Source: Squalus acanthias (lineage: Eukaryota). Taken from it: 64,000 nucleotides of DNA. Location of the stretch: contig CM059425.1 of assembly GCA_030390025.1 (NCBI GenBank), forward strand, positions 164,488,001 to 164,552,000. The letters are read 5' to 3'. The stretch's first letter is position 1, and the number at the start of each line of letters is the position of its first letter. Position numbers and translations under genes: made by a program. Below the pieces are notes generated by a model. The model had not been told where the DNA came from and did not search any database. It was given only the letters and a program-made list of their open reading frames with translations. This document shows positions 12,096 through 24,942 of this stretch, piece by piece.

Positions 12096-13003
12096 TTTTT
12101 TTTTATTCGTTCATGGAATCTGGGCGTTGCTGGCAAGGCCAGCATTTATTGCCCATTCCTAATTGCCTTTGAGAAGGTGGTGGTGAGCCACCTTCTTGAA
12201 CCGCTGCAGTCCGTGTGATGAAGGTACTCCCACAGTGCTGTTAGGTAGGGAGTTCCAGGATTTTGACCCAGCGACGATGAAGGATGGGCGATATATTTCC
12301 AAGTCAGGATGGTGCGTGACTTGGAGGGGAACTTGGAGGTGGTGGTGTTCCCATGTGCCTGCTGCCCTTGTCCTTCTAGGTGGAAGAGGTCGCAGGTTTG
12401 GGGGGTGCTGCTGAAGAAGCCTTGACGAGTTGCTGCAGTGCATTTTATAGTTGGTACTGCAGCCACGGTACGCCGGAGTGAATGTTTAAGGTGGTGGACA
12501 GGGTGCGAATCAAGCGGGCTGCTTTGTCCTGGATGATGTCGAACTTCTTGAGTGTTGTTGGAGCTGCACTCATCCAAGCAAGTGGAGAGTATTCCATCAC
12601 ACTCCTTAATTGTGTCTTGTAGATGGTGGAAAGGCTTTGGGGAGTCAGGAGGTGAGACACTCGCCGCAGAATACCTACAGTATTTATATACAGTATTTAT
12701 GTGGCTGGTCCAGTTAAGTTTCTGGTCAATGGTGACCCCCAGGATGTTGATGGTGGGGGATTCGGCGATGGTAATGCCGTTGAATGCCAGACCAGGTAAG
12801 GACAGTAGTGAACCAGATGGGTTCCGATAGTTTCATGATTATGAGTATCCATTACTGATACTAGCTTTTTATTCCAGATTTAGTTAATTAACTAAATTTA
12901 AATCCCCAGCTGCTGTGGTGAGATTTGAACTCACGTCTCTGGATCATTAGTCCAGGTCTTTGGATTGCTAGTCCAGTAACTTAACCACTATGCTACCGTT
13001 CCC
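12096..13003 (-). mobile_element. tRNA-derived head joined to the 3' 690 bp of LINE family B
   Basis: A box TAGCATAGTGG (12985-12995), B box GTTCAAATC (12922-12930), junction near 12786. LINE part (LSTIYKTQLRSVMEYSPLAW) matches 41720-42188; poly(A) tail. Other family-B tails at ~8318-8412 (-) and ~14013-14335 (+). Confidence 0.85.
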
Positions 13004-13587
13004 TATAAATCTTGTGACCTGTTCCAATAGTTACATATTCTTATCAGTTAGACAATGCACTGCTGCAAGAGAGCGGGATAAGAAGAAGGGAGTTCAGGAG
13101 AGATAAACAGCCAAGTGTCATCACACTATCTTTGAGTAGGAACCTCGGAGTTCCCCTAGTGGCAGCACAAAGCCTTAATGACAAAGTGATCATAAATTTG
13201 CTTTCTGGTCTATGCTAAGGCAGTAGTAGGAGTGCCCATATTTGGCCTCATAAATCCTGGGCTAGGGAGGAGCAAACCAGTAACCTTGCCAGATAGCAGA
13301 ATGCGTACGTGTGTGTGCGCACGTGCATGAGTGAGTGAGGGAGAGAGAGAGAGAGAGAGAGAGATTGAGATTCTCCCCACATGAAAAATGACCCTAGAGT
13401 GAGGTACTGGAGATCTGCTGTCACCATATGGAACGCTACATCAGCAGGAGTCAGATCTTTAAGAAATGAGGAGAAATGGAAAATTAGAAGAAAGGCTATA
13501 GACTTTGACAGAAAGACAGTATGGACTTTGCATTACGGGATACAGGTATGTTGCTTTTATATATGAAGTAAAAAGTTAGTCCGAGAC

Positions 13588-13953
13588 AACATAGTAACAT
13601 AGAAACATAGAAACATAGAATCTAGGAGCAGGAGTAGGCCATTCGGCCCGTCGAGCCTGCTCCACCATTCAATACGATCATGGCTGATCATTCAAATCCA
13701 GTACCCTGCCCCTGCTTTAATCCCCACAGTACACATATCCCACCCTACCCCCGTAACCCCACGTATTTAATTCCCCCTAACATATCCCATCCTATCCCCA
13801 TAACCCCACATATTTAATCCCCCCCTAACACTAAGGGTCAATTTATCATAGCCAAATCAGCCTAACCCGCACATTTTTGGACTGTGGGAGGAAACCGGAG
13901 CACCCGGAGGAAACCCACGCAGACACGGGGAGAATGTGCAAACTCCACACAGT
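13588..13953 (-). mobile_element. HE1-like V-SINE, 5'-truncated, with CR1/HER1 tail
   Basis: V-domain gtgtggagtttgcacattctccccgtgtctgcgtgggtttcctccgggtgctccggtttcctcccacagtccaaa followed by the CR1 hairpin tail and (TTTCTATG)n. Confidence 0.85.
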
Positions 13954-14406
13954 AAAAAAAAATAAGGTTACCTAACATGATTGCTGCTCTATTTTGATAT
14001 AGAGTTGCATTTCTGCACTGCAGCAACTCGCCAAGGCTTCTTTGACAGCACCTCCCAAACCCGCAACTTCTACCAGCTAGAAGGGCAAGGGCAGCAGGCG
14101 CATGGAAACACCACCACCTCCAAGTTCCCCTCCAAGTCACATACCATCCTGACTTGGAATTATATCGCCGATCCTTCATCGTCGCTGGGTCAAAATCCTG
14201 GAACTCCCTACCTAACAGCACTGTGGGAGTACCTTCACCACACGGACTGCAGCGGTTCAAGGCGGCGGCTCACCAATCGGCAATAAATGCTGGCCTTGCC
14301 AACACCCACATCCCAGGAACAAATATAAAAACTAAAAAAAATTATACAAGACAATATAATTTATAACAGAAGTAACATAACTAGTAATTTTTAATTGGTT
14401 ACCTAC

Positions 14407-14488
14407 CTCTTCAAGCTTAAGTGTTGTTGAATACTGAGATGTAATACCAGTCACAGTATATGCAATTGAAGGTGATCCAAGTTCAAAC
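14407..14488 (-). CDS. ERAP1: ERAP1 exon 18 equivalent
   Basis: (K)FELGSPSIAYTVTGITSQYSTTLKLEE, 82 nt, ccttag|...|gtaggt. Confidence 0.96.
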
Positions 14489-15402
14489 CTAAGGATTAAA
14501 TGAAACAAATAATGATAGCATTCTGTGAAAAGATCGTTTATGGCTTACAAAACCCCCAAGAAAGGGCTGCAATGTTTCAAAGCAAACAACAGCACGTCTT
14601 TAATCCAACAATCCCTTGTTATTTTATTCAAAAAGAGCAATGTACGAGTGGACTGTCTGTTTCTGTGTTTGATTTTATAATTTCTTCCCCAATAGAACCC
14701 ATGCCACTCCACATCCTCCTCCAATCAGGAGAATGGGCCATGGGTTTCAGCTAACATCACTGTGCAAGAATCAGTTTTAGTTCAACCACTGCTGCCTTCG
14801 GTCACCACATGTTTGCCTCTGAATTCTAACCAAAACATTACCATCTCTTCTCTTTTCAAATGCTGGTGGACCGGTTATGTTTCCAGAATTCTTTTGTTTT
14901 ATTTCCTCAGGATAATCGAGACTGCGGTGCTCTCCACAGATGCAGTCAATGCCATTTACTATCGGGTAAGGCTATTAAGGGATATGTAGAACTGGGGGGA
15001 GGGGAATGGGATTTAAAAGATAAAGAACTGCCATGGCTAACAGAATGGTGGAGCCAAATCCGGGATAGGCACACCTAATTTTGTGGAATAAAATCTTGAA
15101 GCTCTGGAACAAAATGGTTTTATTTTCACCTTTTGAAAAAGACAGAGCATTATGGGTGGCTCCACTTAGACAATAGTGAATAACCAAAACCACTCCCTGT
15201 TCTTTATGTGGCTACAATTCTCTTCTCAGTCTCCTTATACATATATAAATGGTTCTCTTCTCTCTAGAATGTGTTTTTCTTTCCTATCTCCGTGTCTATC
15301 ACTATGACTGAAAGTCCCTCTTTATCTCTCTTTCCACGTCCTCACCCATCTTGCCATGTATCTGAATTTTTTTCTCCTCGTTACTGAGTTTCTCTTGTTT
15401 GA

Positions 15403-18400
15403 ATCAGAAGGTTGTGGTTTCATGCTCAGTCCAGAGATGTAAGCACATAATCCAGGCTGACACTTCAGTACAGTGCTGAGGGACTGCTGCACCGTCAGAG
15501 GTGCCGTCTTTCAGATGAGAGCAAATTGCTGGCACCATGGGTGGTTCTGCTGCACAGGACGGGAGGAAAAAGAGCAGGAGAGCTATAGTGATAGGGGATT
15601 CTATTGTAAGGGGAATAGATAGGCGTTTCTGCGGCCGCAAACGAGACTACAGGATGGTATGTTGCCTCCCTGGTGCAAGGGTCAAGGATGTCTCGGAGCG
15701 GCTGCAGGGCATTCTGGAGGGGGAGGGTGAACAGCCAGTTGTTGTGGTGCATAAATGTACCAACGATATAGGTAAAAAACGGGATGAGGTCCTAAAAGCT
15801 GAATATAGGGAGTTAGGAGGTAAATTAAAAAATAGGACCTCAAAGGTAGTAATCTCAGGATTGCTACCGGTGCCACGTGCTAGTCAGAGTAGAAATAGAA
15901 GGATATTTCAGATGAATACGTGGCTAGAGGAATGGTGCAAGGGGGAGGGATTCAAATTCCTGGGACATTGGAACCGGTTCTGGGGGAGGTGGGACCAGTA
16001 CAAACTGGACGGTTTGCACCTGGGCAGGACCGGGACCGATGTCCTAGGGGGAGTGTTTGCTAGTGCTGTTGGGGAGGGTTTAAACTAAAATGGCAGGGGG
16101 TTGGGAACCTGTGCAGGGAAACAGAGGAAAGGGAAGCAAGGATAGAAGCAAAAGACAAGGAGAAAAGCAAAAGTGGAAGGCAAAGAAATCAAGGGTGTAA
16201 ATCAAACAGGGCTACAGTAAATAATAATTCTAAAAGGACTAAGAGTGTTAAAAAAACAAGCCTGAAGGCTTTGTGTCTTAATGCGAGGAGCATTCGTAAT
16301 AAGGTGGATGAATTAGCTGCGCAAATAGATGTAAACGGATATGATATCATTGGGATTACGGAGACATGGCTCCAGGGTGACCAAGGCTGGGAATTCAACA
16401 TCCAGGGGTATTCAATATTCAGGAAGGACAAACAAAAAGGAAAAGGAGGCAGGGTAGCATTGCTGGTTAAAGAGGAAATTAACACAATAGTAAGGAAGGA
16501 TATTAGCTCTGATGATGTGGAATCTGTATGGGTAGAGCTGAGAAATACCATGGGGCAGAAAACGTTAGTGGGAGTTGTATACAGACCCCCAAACAGTAAT
16601 GCTGAGGTTGGGGATGGCATTAAACAGGAAATTAGAGATGCGTGCAATAAGGGCACAGCAGTTATCATGGGTGACTTTAATCTACATAGAGATTGGGCTA
16701 ACCAAATTAGTAACAATACTGTGGAGGAGGAATTCCTAGAGTGTATATGGGATGGTTTCCTGGACCAATATGTTGAGGAACCAACTAGAGATCAGGCCAT
16801 CTTAGACTGGGTATTATGTAATGAGAAAGGATTAATTAGCAATCTTGTTGTGCGAGGCCCCTTGGGGAGGAGCGATCATAATATGATAGAATTCTTCATT
16901 AAGATGGAGAGTGAAGTAGTTGACTCAGAGACTCGGGTCCTGAATTTAAATAAAGGAAACTACGATGGTATGAGGTGCAAGTTGGCTAGGATGGATTGGG
17001 GAGCGTTACTTAAAGGGTTGACGGTGGATAGGCAATGGCAAACATTTAAAGATCGCATGGATGAACTACAGAATTTGTTCATCCCTGTTTGGCATAAAAA
17101 TAAAACAAAAAAGGTGAATCAACCGTGGCTAACAAGGGAAATTAGGAATAGCATAAGAGCCAAGGAGAGGACATATAAATTGGCCAGAAAAAGCAGCAAA
17201 CCTGAGGATTAGGAGCAGTTTAGGATTCAGCAAAGGAGGACAAAGAGATTAATTAAGAGGGGGAAAATAGAATGAGAGTAAGCTTGCAGGGAACATAAAA
17301 ACTGACTGTAAAAGCTTCTGTAGATATGTGAAGAGAAAAAGATTGGTGAAGTCAAGCGCAGGTTCCTTGCAGTCAGAATCAGGGGAATTTATAATGGTGA
17401 ACAAAGAAATGGCATACCAATTAAATACATACTTTGGTTCTGTCTTCACAAAGGAGGACACAAATAAACTCCCAGAGATGTCGGGGAACATAGGGTCTAA
17501 TGAGAGGGAGGAATTGAATGAAATCACTATTTGTAGGGAAATGGTGTTCGGGAAATTGATGGGATTGAAGGCCGATAAATCCCCAGGGCCTGATAATCTA
17601 CATCCTAGGGTACTTAAGGAAGTGGCCCTAGAAATAGTAGATGCATTGCTGGTCATCTTCCAAAATTCTATGGACTCTGGAACAGTTCCCATGGATTGGA
17701 GGATAGCTAATGTAACCCCACTATTTAAAAAAGGTGGTAGAGAAAAAATGGGGAATTATAGACCGGTAAGCCTGACATCGGTAGTGGGCAAAATGCTAGA
17801 GTCCATTATAAAAGATGTAATAGCAGAGCACTTGGAAAACAGTGACAGGATCGGACAAAGTCAACATGGATTTACAAAAGGTAAATCATGCCTGACTAAT
17901 CTACTGGAATATTTTGAGGATGTAACTGGTAGAATAGATAAGGGAGAAACAGTGGATGTGGTGTATTTGGACTTTCAGAAGGCTTTCGATAAGGTCCCGC
18001 ATAAGAGATTAGCGTGCAAAGTTAAAGCACATGGGATTGGGGGTAAAGTACTGATTTGGATAGAGAACTGGTTGGCAGACAGGAAGGAAAGAGTTGGAAT
18101 AAACGGGTCTTTTTCCGAGTGGCAGGCAGTGACTAGTGGAGTACCACAGGGATCAGTGCTAAGACCCCAGCTATTCACAATATATATTAATGATCTAGAC
18201 GAGGGAACAATGTGTAATATCTCTAAGTTTGCAGATGACACAAAGCTGGGTGGGCGTGTGTGCTGTGAGGAGGATGCAGAGAAACTCCAGTATGATTTGG
18301 ACAGGTTGGGTGATTGGGCAGATGCATGGCAGATGCAGTATAATGTGGATAAATGCGAGGTTATCCACTTTGGTGGCAAAAACAGAAAGACAGATTATTA

Positions 18401-19465
18401 TCTGAACGGCAATAGATTGGGAAAAGGGGAAGTGCAATGAGATCTGGGAGTCCTTGTGCACCAGTCGCTGAAGGTAAGCATGCAGGTGCAGCAGGCGGTT
18501 AAGAAGGCAAATGGTATGTTGGCCTTCATAGCGAGAGGATTCGAGTACAGGAGCAAGGATGTCTTGCTGCAGTTGTACAAGGCCTTGGTGAGACCACACC
18601 TTGAGTATTGTGTGCAGTTTTGGTCGCCTTATCTGAGGAAGGATGTTCTTGCCATGGAGTGAGTGCAGCGAAGATTTACCAGACTGATACCTGGGATGGC
18701 AGGAATGACGTATGAAGAGAGATTGGGTCGATTAGGCTTATATTCGCTAGAGTTTCGAAGAATGAGAGGGGATCTCATTGAAACTTATAAAATTCTAACA
18801 GGCTAGACAGACTAGATGCAGGAAGGATGTTCCCGATGGCGGGGGAGTCCAGAACCAGAGGTCACAGTCTAAGGATAAGGGGTAAGCCATTTAGGACTGA
18901 GATGAGGAGGAATTTCTTCACCCAGAGAGTGGTGAACCTGTGGAATTCTCTACCACAGAAGGCAGTTGAGGCCAATTCATTAAATATATTCAAGAAGGAG
19001 ATAGATATATTTCTTAAGGCTAAAGGGATCAAGGGATATGGGGAGAAAGCAGGGACAGGGTACTGAATTTGGATGATCAGCCATGATCTCATTAAATGGC
19101 CAAGCAGGCTTGAGGGGCCGAATGTCCTACTCCTGCTCCTATCTTCTATGCTTCTATGAGATGTTAAACCGAGGCCCCGTCGGCCCTCTCAGGTGGATGT
19201 AAAAGATCCCTGGTACTTTTCAAAGAAGGTCAGGATAGTTCACCTGGTGTCCTGATCAACACGTATCCCTCAAACAACATCACTAAAATAGGTTATCTAG
19301 TCACTATCTTATTGCTGTTTGTGGGACTTTGCTGTGCACAAATTGGCTGCACGTAAGCCTACATCTCAACAGTGACTGCACTGCAAAAGCATTCCATTCA
19401 CTGTGAAGCGTTTTGGGATATCGTAGGGTTGTGTAAGGAACTATACAAGTTCTTCCTTTCTTTTC
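15403..19465 (+). mobile_element. Deu-SINE (15403-15520 plus 19156-19465) split by a CR1 insertion
   Basis: The halves rejoin to gtgccgtctttcagatgagatgttaaaccgaggcccc, as in the intact copy at 47720-48135. Confidence 0.85.
15521..19155 (+). mobile_element. CR1-clade LINE, 3.6 kb, 5'-truncated: SGNH-esterase ORF1 (15537-16088) and disrupted APE-RT ORF2
   Basis: ORF1 IVIGDSIVR...[46 protein letters not shown]. Stops at 17210, 18438 and 18660 plus a frameshift. TSD ATGAGA at 15515-15520 and 19156-19161. Confidence 0.95.
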
Positions 19466-20264
19466 ACTTTGTCCGAACTGAACTCACTCTCTTGCTCTCC
19501 CTGGGTGTCTAAATTCTATCTGTATATTTATGAAAGAATGGAGATACTGGGACTAATTCTACTGGAGTAGAAAAGGCTAAGAGGAGATTTATTAGAAGTT
19601 TTTAAACTCATGAAGGGTCTTGATCAGGTAAAAAGGAACAGACTATTTCCTCTGGTTGGGACGTCAGTGATGAGAGGTCATCAATTTAAAATTGTCACTG
19701 AGCGAGTGAAGGGAGAAGTTGGGACAAATTTATGTCAAAGGTTGTTGGAACATGGAATGCTTTGCCACAGGGAGTAGTTGAGGTGGAGACCATTCCATTT
19801 ATCAAAATAAAAGTGGACCTCTTGGAGACCCAAGGTGCACTTGATGCAGATTTCAGATAGGCCTGTAAATGGACGCATAGCACACCTGTTTCGGGTGGGA
19901 GGTTGTTTAAATATGCAAATTGCAATTTTGAAGTATAAACGGGCAGAGTGTGCCAGGCAGTCGTCTTTAAAGGGACTGCTGGTGGTCACTGCACCAATGG
20001 CCCAGTCCCCCTCCGGATTGGCTGCCTCCTGCTTCACACTCACACACCAGCGAGCTGTAGTGGAGAACCCATTCACCGCCCGCTGCTCACCAGCTACATT
20101 CAAATGGGGCTTGATCCTCAAAATGGTTCAGACCTTCCGACGCTGGCTTTGGGCACATGGCACAGCCGCTCCGCCGACTTCACGCCCGTTTTGGGCATAT
20201 GTCTAAAATCACCCCTGTCTGAGTGGCTGTCTCTCCAAGTAACAAAACTTCTGTCTAGCTGTGT

Positions 20265-20395
20265 GGGCCTGAACTTGTCTCTCCCTATCCCATGTCTGAA
20301 CTTGTGTCTCCCCCTCTCTCTCTCCTCCCCACCCATGTCTGAACTTGTGTCTCCCCCTCTCTCTCGCCTCCCCACCCATGTCTGAACTTGTCTCA
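20265..20395. repeat. Degenerate tandem repeat (cccatgtctgaacttgtgtctcccc core, ~3-4 copies), followed by a CT-rich tract at ~20680-21040
   Basis: Repeated tgaacttgt / cccacccatgtctgaacttgt units seen directly. Confidence 0.7.
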
Positions 20396-20471
20396 TTCTA
20401 TTTCCCCTCCCTCTTGTCTGATGACTACAAAATGCATGAGATCAATATTTCTTAAGCACCATTAATCTATC

Positions 20472-20663
20472 TTGATGCGGAGATGCCGGTGTTGGACTGG
20501 GGTGGACAAAAATGAGAAGTCGCACAACACCAGGTTATAGTCCAACAGTTGTAACCGATTTGTATTCCCTCACTGTACCTGACGAAGGAGCAGAGCTCCG
20601 AAAGCTCGTAATTTCAAATAAAACTGTTGGACTATAACCTGGTGTTGTGCGACTTCTCATTTT
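20472..20663. mobile_element. Penelope-type terminal-repeat mini-insertion with 42-bp inverted arms
   Basis: Arms 20509-20550 and 20622-20663 are exact reverse complements; direct repeat AATCTATC at 20464-20471 and 20664-20671. Confidence 0.8.
20576..20610 (+). ncRNA. Minimal type-I hammerhead ribozyme motif
   Basis: tac-CTGACGA-a-ggagc-aga-gctcc-GAAA-gc-TC-gta: intact core, 5-bp stem II, palindromic AGCT stem III, 3-bp stem I. Confidence 0.8.
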
Positions 20664-23141
20664 AATCTATCCTGGCAAGTCATTGTCTGACTTACTTGTC
20701 CTTGCTGTCTTTTGTGCTCCTAGGTGTGTATCTCTCTTCTCTTCTTCTCATTATTTCCTTACCCCATTTGCTCCTGCCTCCATTTTAACCATTCTCTTTC
20801 ACTTCCCCTCTGCCCCTCTACCTTTCTTATCCCCTTGTCTCCCTTGTAACCGTTTTCCTATTTTAGGCCCAATTCCCAACAGTGCTCCTCATCTACCTTC
20901 GCTGTCTTCCTATCTCTTTCCTCTTTCTTTTCCCTCTCCCCTCATCTCCCATTCTTCTCTCCCCCCCCCATTTCCCACTTCCTTGCTCCTTCCTTTTCCT
21001 TCTCTCTCCTCTTTACAACCTTCCCACTTCATAGCCTTTTGATACAATACCTCCAGAGTTACTGGCTGCTCTTTGCCCGTTGGAAACTGCCTGCTTAATT
21101 TTTAAAGCACTGACAGTGTTTACAATATATCTGCTGACTAACTTTTACTAAAGAGACATAGGTGCTACCAGCATTTTAAAACGCAAACAGCTAGTTTCCC
21201 TCCAGCAAAGAGCAGCCAACAAGCCCAGGAGCACTGGAGATCAGAGGCAGGGGACGTTATCGCTGTATGTGCTCTGGGGGTAAAAGGATGGGAAATCGGC
21301 AGTCACCTGCAGGCCGGGAGCAGCTAAAGATGGAGATAGGCGGCACTGGGGTCAATCAGGCCCAGCAAATTTACTCCAGAATGTCCAACCGTGTAAGTGG
21401 CTGACTCTTTTTCTATGTTCACTTGTGTAAAGTTGTCTAATGACATGATATTTTCTGTTGTCTGAATTGATGAAGACATAATGGGCATTCTACATGTTGC
21501 CGAATGAGAAGTTACCGTGGAGTTACTGGTTAGACCGGAGCTGCACTAATTAGAATAAAAGTAGTTTGTAGAAGATCTTGATCAGCCTACAGAAATTTAC
21601 ACAAGAGAAGGCATTTGTAAAAGCCTGAACTGTAACAGGAGAAGAGGGGAGAAAGTTGGCAAAGGAAGCAGGTGCCTTTCTATAGGGTGGGACTTGTCCT
21701 GCCAGTTCTCTTCCTGTCCACTCTCCAGCATGGAAGCTTTTCACTGCCACTGAGCTGCTCCATCTAGTGGCCTGGAAAAGAACTGCATCATTCAGTTGCA
21801 AGGGAAGGAGAGTCGAGAGGGGTTGCTTTTTGTTCAGAGCATTCCTCTTTAACAGAAGAAAATGATACTTTCATCAAAAATGATTCACCTTTTGCACTGG
21901 TTTCCCAGGGTCAGACAGGTCTGGAGCGGTTCAAAGGCCATTTGATGTTTCTGTCCCCAGCTGTTTGCAATAGGGCCCTCCCAGATGCTCCTGTAACTAA
22001 CCCAACTTTAATGGTCTCGCAAGGAGGCAAAACCCCACTCCGGTCTCCATGGTGGTGATCAAATTAACACCATTTTTATTAAATTAAAAAACTGGTTGCT
22101 GAGAGTATCATTTTCTTTTGAGGTGGAGTACTTTGAACAAAAAGGTACTCCTCAGACTTGCCTTCCCCGTCAAATTGAATGAAATTTAGTCGGTACACAA
22201 ATGAGATACAGCCACTTTAACATTTTCTTTTTTCTTTTCAGTACACATAAAACATTTAACTTGCTAACACTGAATATTTTTAATATAATATTGTATTGAA
22301 TATTAACCGAAAAAAGAACTATTGGTTTAAAGCAATCATCAAATGACGTTGAAAAATGCCTCACATTCTGCGACACAGGAATGTGGTAAAGAGATACATC
22401 AAAAGCAATGTACAAAAAGCACCAGTATCTTCAATGCATGCTCCCCAACAATTGTTACCTTTTCAATTAAAAAAATTCACAAATACATTTATCCACAGAA
22501 ACATATTTTGTGAATCCATTGTACATTCTGTCTTCACTTTGGGTTTGAGGTGGGCATATTGCTCAAACATTTTAAGCTAGTTTAGCTCACAATATTTCCT
22601 TATGAAACATTCCCATAACTAGTTAGAATTGCTCAGACACAATGGGCCATAGGCCTCTTTCTGTGCTATAAACTTCTATACAGATACTACACATCTGTTT
22701 AGCTAGTATGGGCTGATAATTCCCTTTGACACTTTAGATATGCACTGGTTATGCTACAAAGCTCCTGCATTGTATGAAAGGCAGGTGTGGTGTGCACCAA
22801 CGAGGACCACCACAACAAGGGAAGATTGAGTTTGATTCCCCATTTTAATCAGTTCGCAATTTGAGTCACATCAACAGGGAGGTGCTGAACAGAGGCTACA
22901 ATGTCTCCTAACAAAGAGAATGAAAATATCCTGCCTACACAGTACCTCATGCTTTCTAGTGACTGGCCAAAGCAACATTAACAAATTCACCTGTCCTCTC
23001 AGCAGCAAAAAAGATTCAGACACGGGGCTATATTACATAAATTACATTGAAAAATGAGCAGGGAAGAGTTTCCAGACTCTATTCACAAAATGGATGCAAA
23101 TACTTCCAACTACTCTTCGAAACTTGTATAATAATACTTAC

Positions 23142-23282
23142 TTCTGCACTAGCTTGTCCCAGTTCTTCTTTAAAAATTCCCAAGCAAGATGGTGTCCTGT
23201 TGGATTTTTGCTCACCAATATAACGATATAAGGCAGATCTTGTGTTTTGACAATGTCGCCTTGCAAACCTTGTTCCATTAAC
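23142..23282 (-). CDS. ERAP1: ERAP1 exon 17 equivalent
   Basis: (W)LMEQGLQGDIVKTQDLPYIVILVSKNPTGHHLAWEFLKKNWDKLVQ, 141 nt, aatcag|...AA|gtaagt. Confidence 0.97.
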
Positions 23283-23536
23283 CTGATTACAAGAGAAGGA
23301 ATTAAAGACTCCAGTTATCAGAGATACTAACAGGGCTGTATGAAGTGATTGATAACCAAAAGGGTTGAACTCTTAACACGTGTCATCCAGATGGATCAAT
23401 AGAATGGAGGAGGTTTCTTTGGAAATGAAGAATATACAAGAGAGTGTTTTTAATGCAAAAGTTCTCAGTCTTCAGTCTGTCTTAGTTTAGTTCTAGATGT
23501 TTTTAGTCATCTTTGTATTACAAGGTCAAGGTCTAT

Positions 23537-23712
23537 GGGGTAGATTTAGACTTTGTGTGATAGTGTAAAATGGGTGATAGAAAATCAGCAGCCTGTTTTA
23601 CATCTCTCCCGATAAAAGGAATTCAATGGAGATAAGAATCGGGAGAGATGTAAAACGGGCTGTCAATTTGCTATCACCTGTTTTACACAATCGCAAAGTT
23701 AAAACATACCCC
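23537..23712. mobile_element. Palindromic (foldback) MITE
   Basis: ggggtagattt...aaacatacccc ends; internal arms tgttttacatctctcccgat / atcgggagagatgtaaaacg. Confidence 0.75.
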
Positions 23713-24070
23713 TCGGAGTTCTGTGTCTAGTACAAGTAGACGGGTGCCTTTGTAAAATTGGACAGGGCATATCAGACATAGAGAGAGAAAGGTTACAGAA
23801 GTGTGTCACTTAGATGTACAAATTTCCCGGAGATCAAAGTAGGCGAGATTTAAACCAGCTGGTCCAGATACAGCTACCAGCATTGAAGGTGAATTTACTC
23901 AGGCACAGAGTTCGAGGAGGAACAAATAGCGCCTCTACAGACTCCAGTCTGACATGTCAGAAGCCTAACACCAACATCTCAAAAGGAAGGCGAGGCAACC
24001 AGTTCATCCACTCCAGCTCATAAGAATGAGGCTGTACAAGTTCTGGAAACATTGTTAACTAACACATACT

Positions 24071-24942
24071 GGGGGAGAAATTCGGTATCGCCCCATTTGG
24101 GGCGCAATTATTGGCCGGGCGCAATGTTTAGCGCCTGGCGCTAATTATCGCCTCCGACTGCAAACTTGGCTTCTATCGCCCCTGGAGGTGATTGGAGCGC
24201 CAAATCAGGCGCTACACACCTCTCTTAAGGCGCAAAGGCCGAGGAGCGAGGTGCTACCTCAGAGCGCTGGCGAAGCTCATGTGATGTCAGTCAGCAACGG
24301 AACACAGACACACTGGCGCCAGCCAGTTCTTAAAGGGGAGGGTCGATCTTGCTCTCCAGCCACACCCTGCTCATTGCAGCCTTGAATCTCGGCCTGGAGA
24401 GACCTGTGCATCAAATCTGCTGGAAAGAACAATGGAGAGGCCCAGGGAAAGAGCTCAGAGTGCAGCCCCCATAGTCTCTTCTAAATCGATGCAAGGTCAA
24501 ATCAAAATAAACCTGCAAAGTGCTGCCTACCCAAAACTCCTTCACACAGCGTTGAATCTCTCCAGAAGTCTCGCTCTCTCCCTGAATGCGTGGTGCAAAA
24601 ATGTCGCCGACAAAAAAAGGCAGGAAGCGGTCGCCTTTAAATAGCGCTCCCCCAGTCCCTTGTCGACTGCAAAACGTTCCCCTCAACCTGTTATTGCTAG
24701 CGGCAGGCGGAAAGGCAGGGGGCGCCACTCAATATCTGGTCCGGGGCGCTACACGCTCGACTGACGTCACGATCTGCGGGCGCAGGAGATCGTGGCGGTA
24801 GCGTTTAGCGCCGCCGCAAAATGGCTGGTCAATTTTGCGAGTGGCGCAAACATCGCCGCGCCCGGGCGCTAGTTGCTTTGTACCCCATTAGCGCCCTCTT
24901 AGGGCACAACCGGGAGGCGCTAATCAACTGAATTTCCCCCCC
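24071..24942. mobile_element. GC-rich non-autonomous DNA transposon (PIF/Harbinger-like)
   Basis: TIR gggggagaaattcgg / ctgaatttccccccc; TSD ACT at 24068-24070 and 24943-24945. Confidence 0.85.

Noticed and set aside
16189..19092. Minus-strand ORFs opposite CR1 ORF2 (likewise at 52591-56362)
   Set aside because: Antisense shadows of LINE coding sequence that recur in each copy.
20680..21040. 131-aa Pro/Ser/Leu/Phe-rich ORF
   Set aside because: Translation of a low-complexity polypyrimidine tract.
24071..24942. CpG-island promoters or novel ORFs here and at 49429-50033
   Set aside because: The GC-rich blocks are bounded by TIRs and TSDs, so they are transposons; the ORFs lack recognisable domains.
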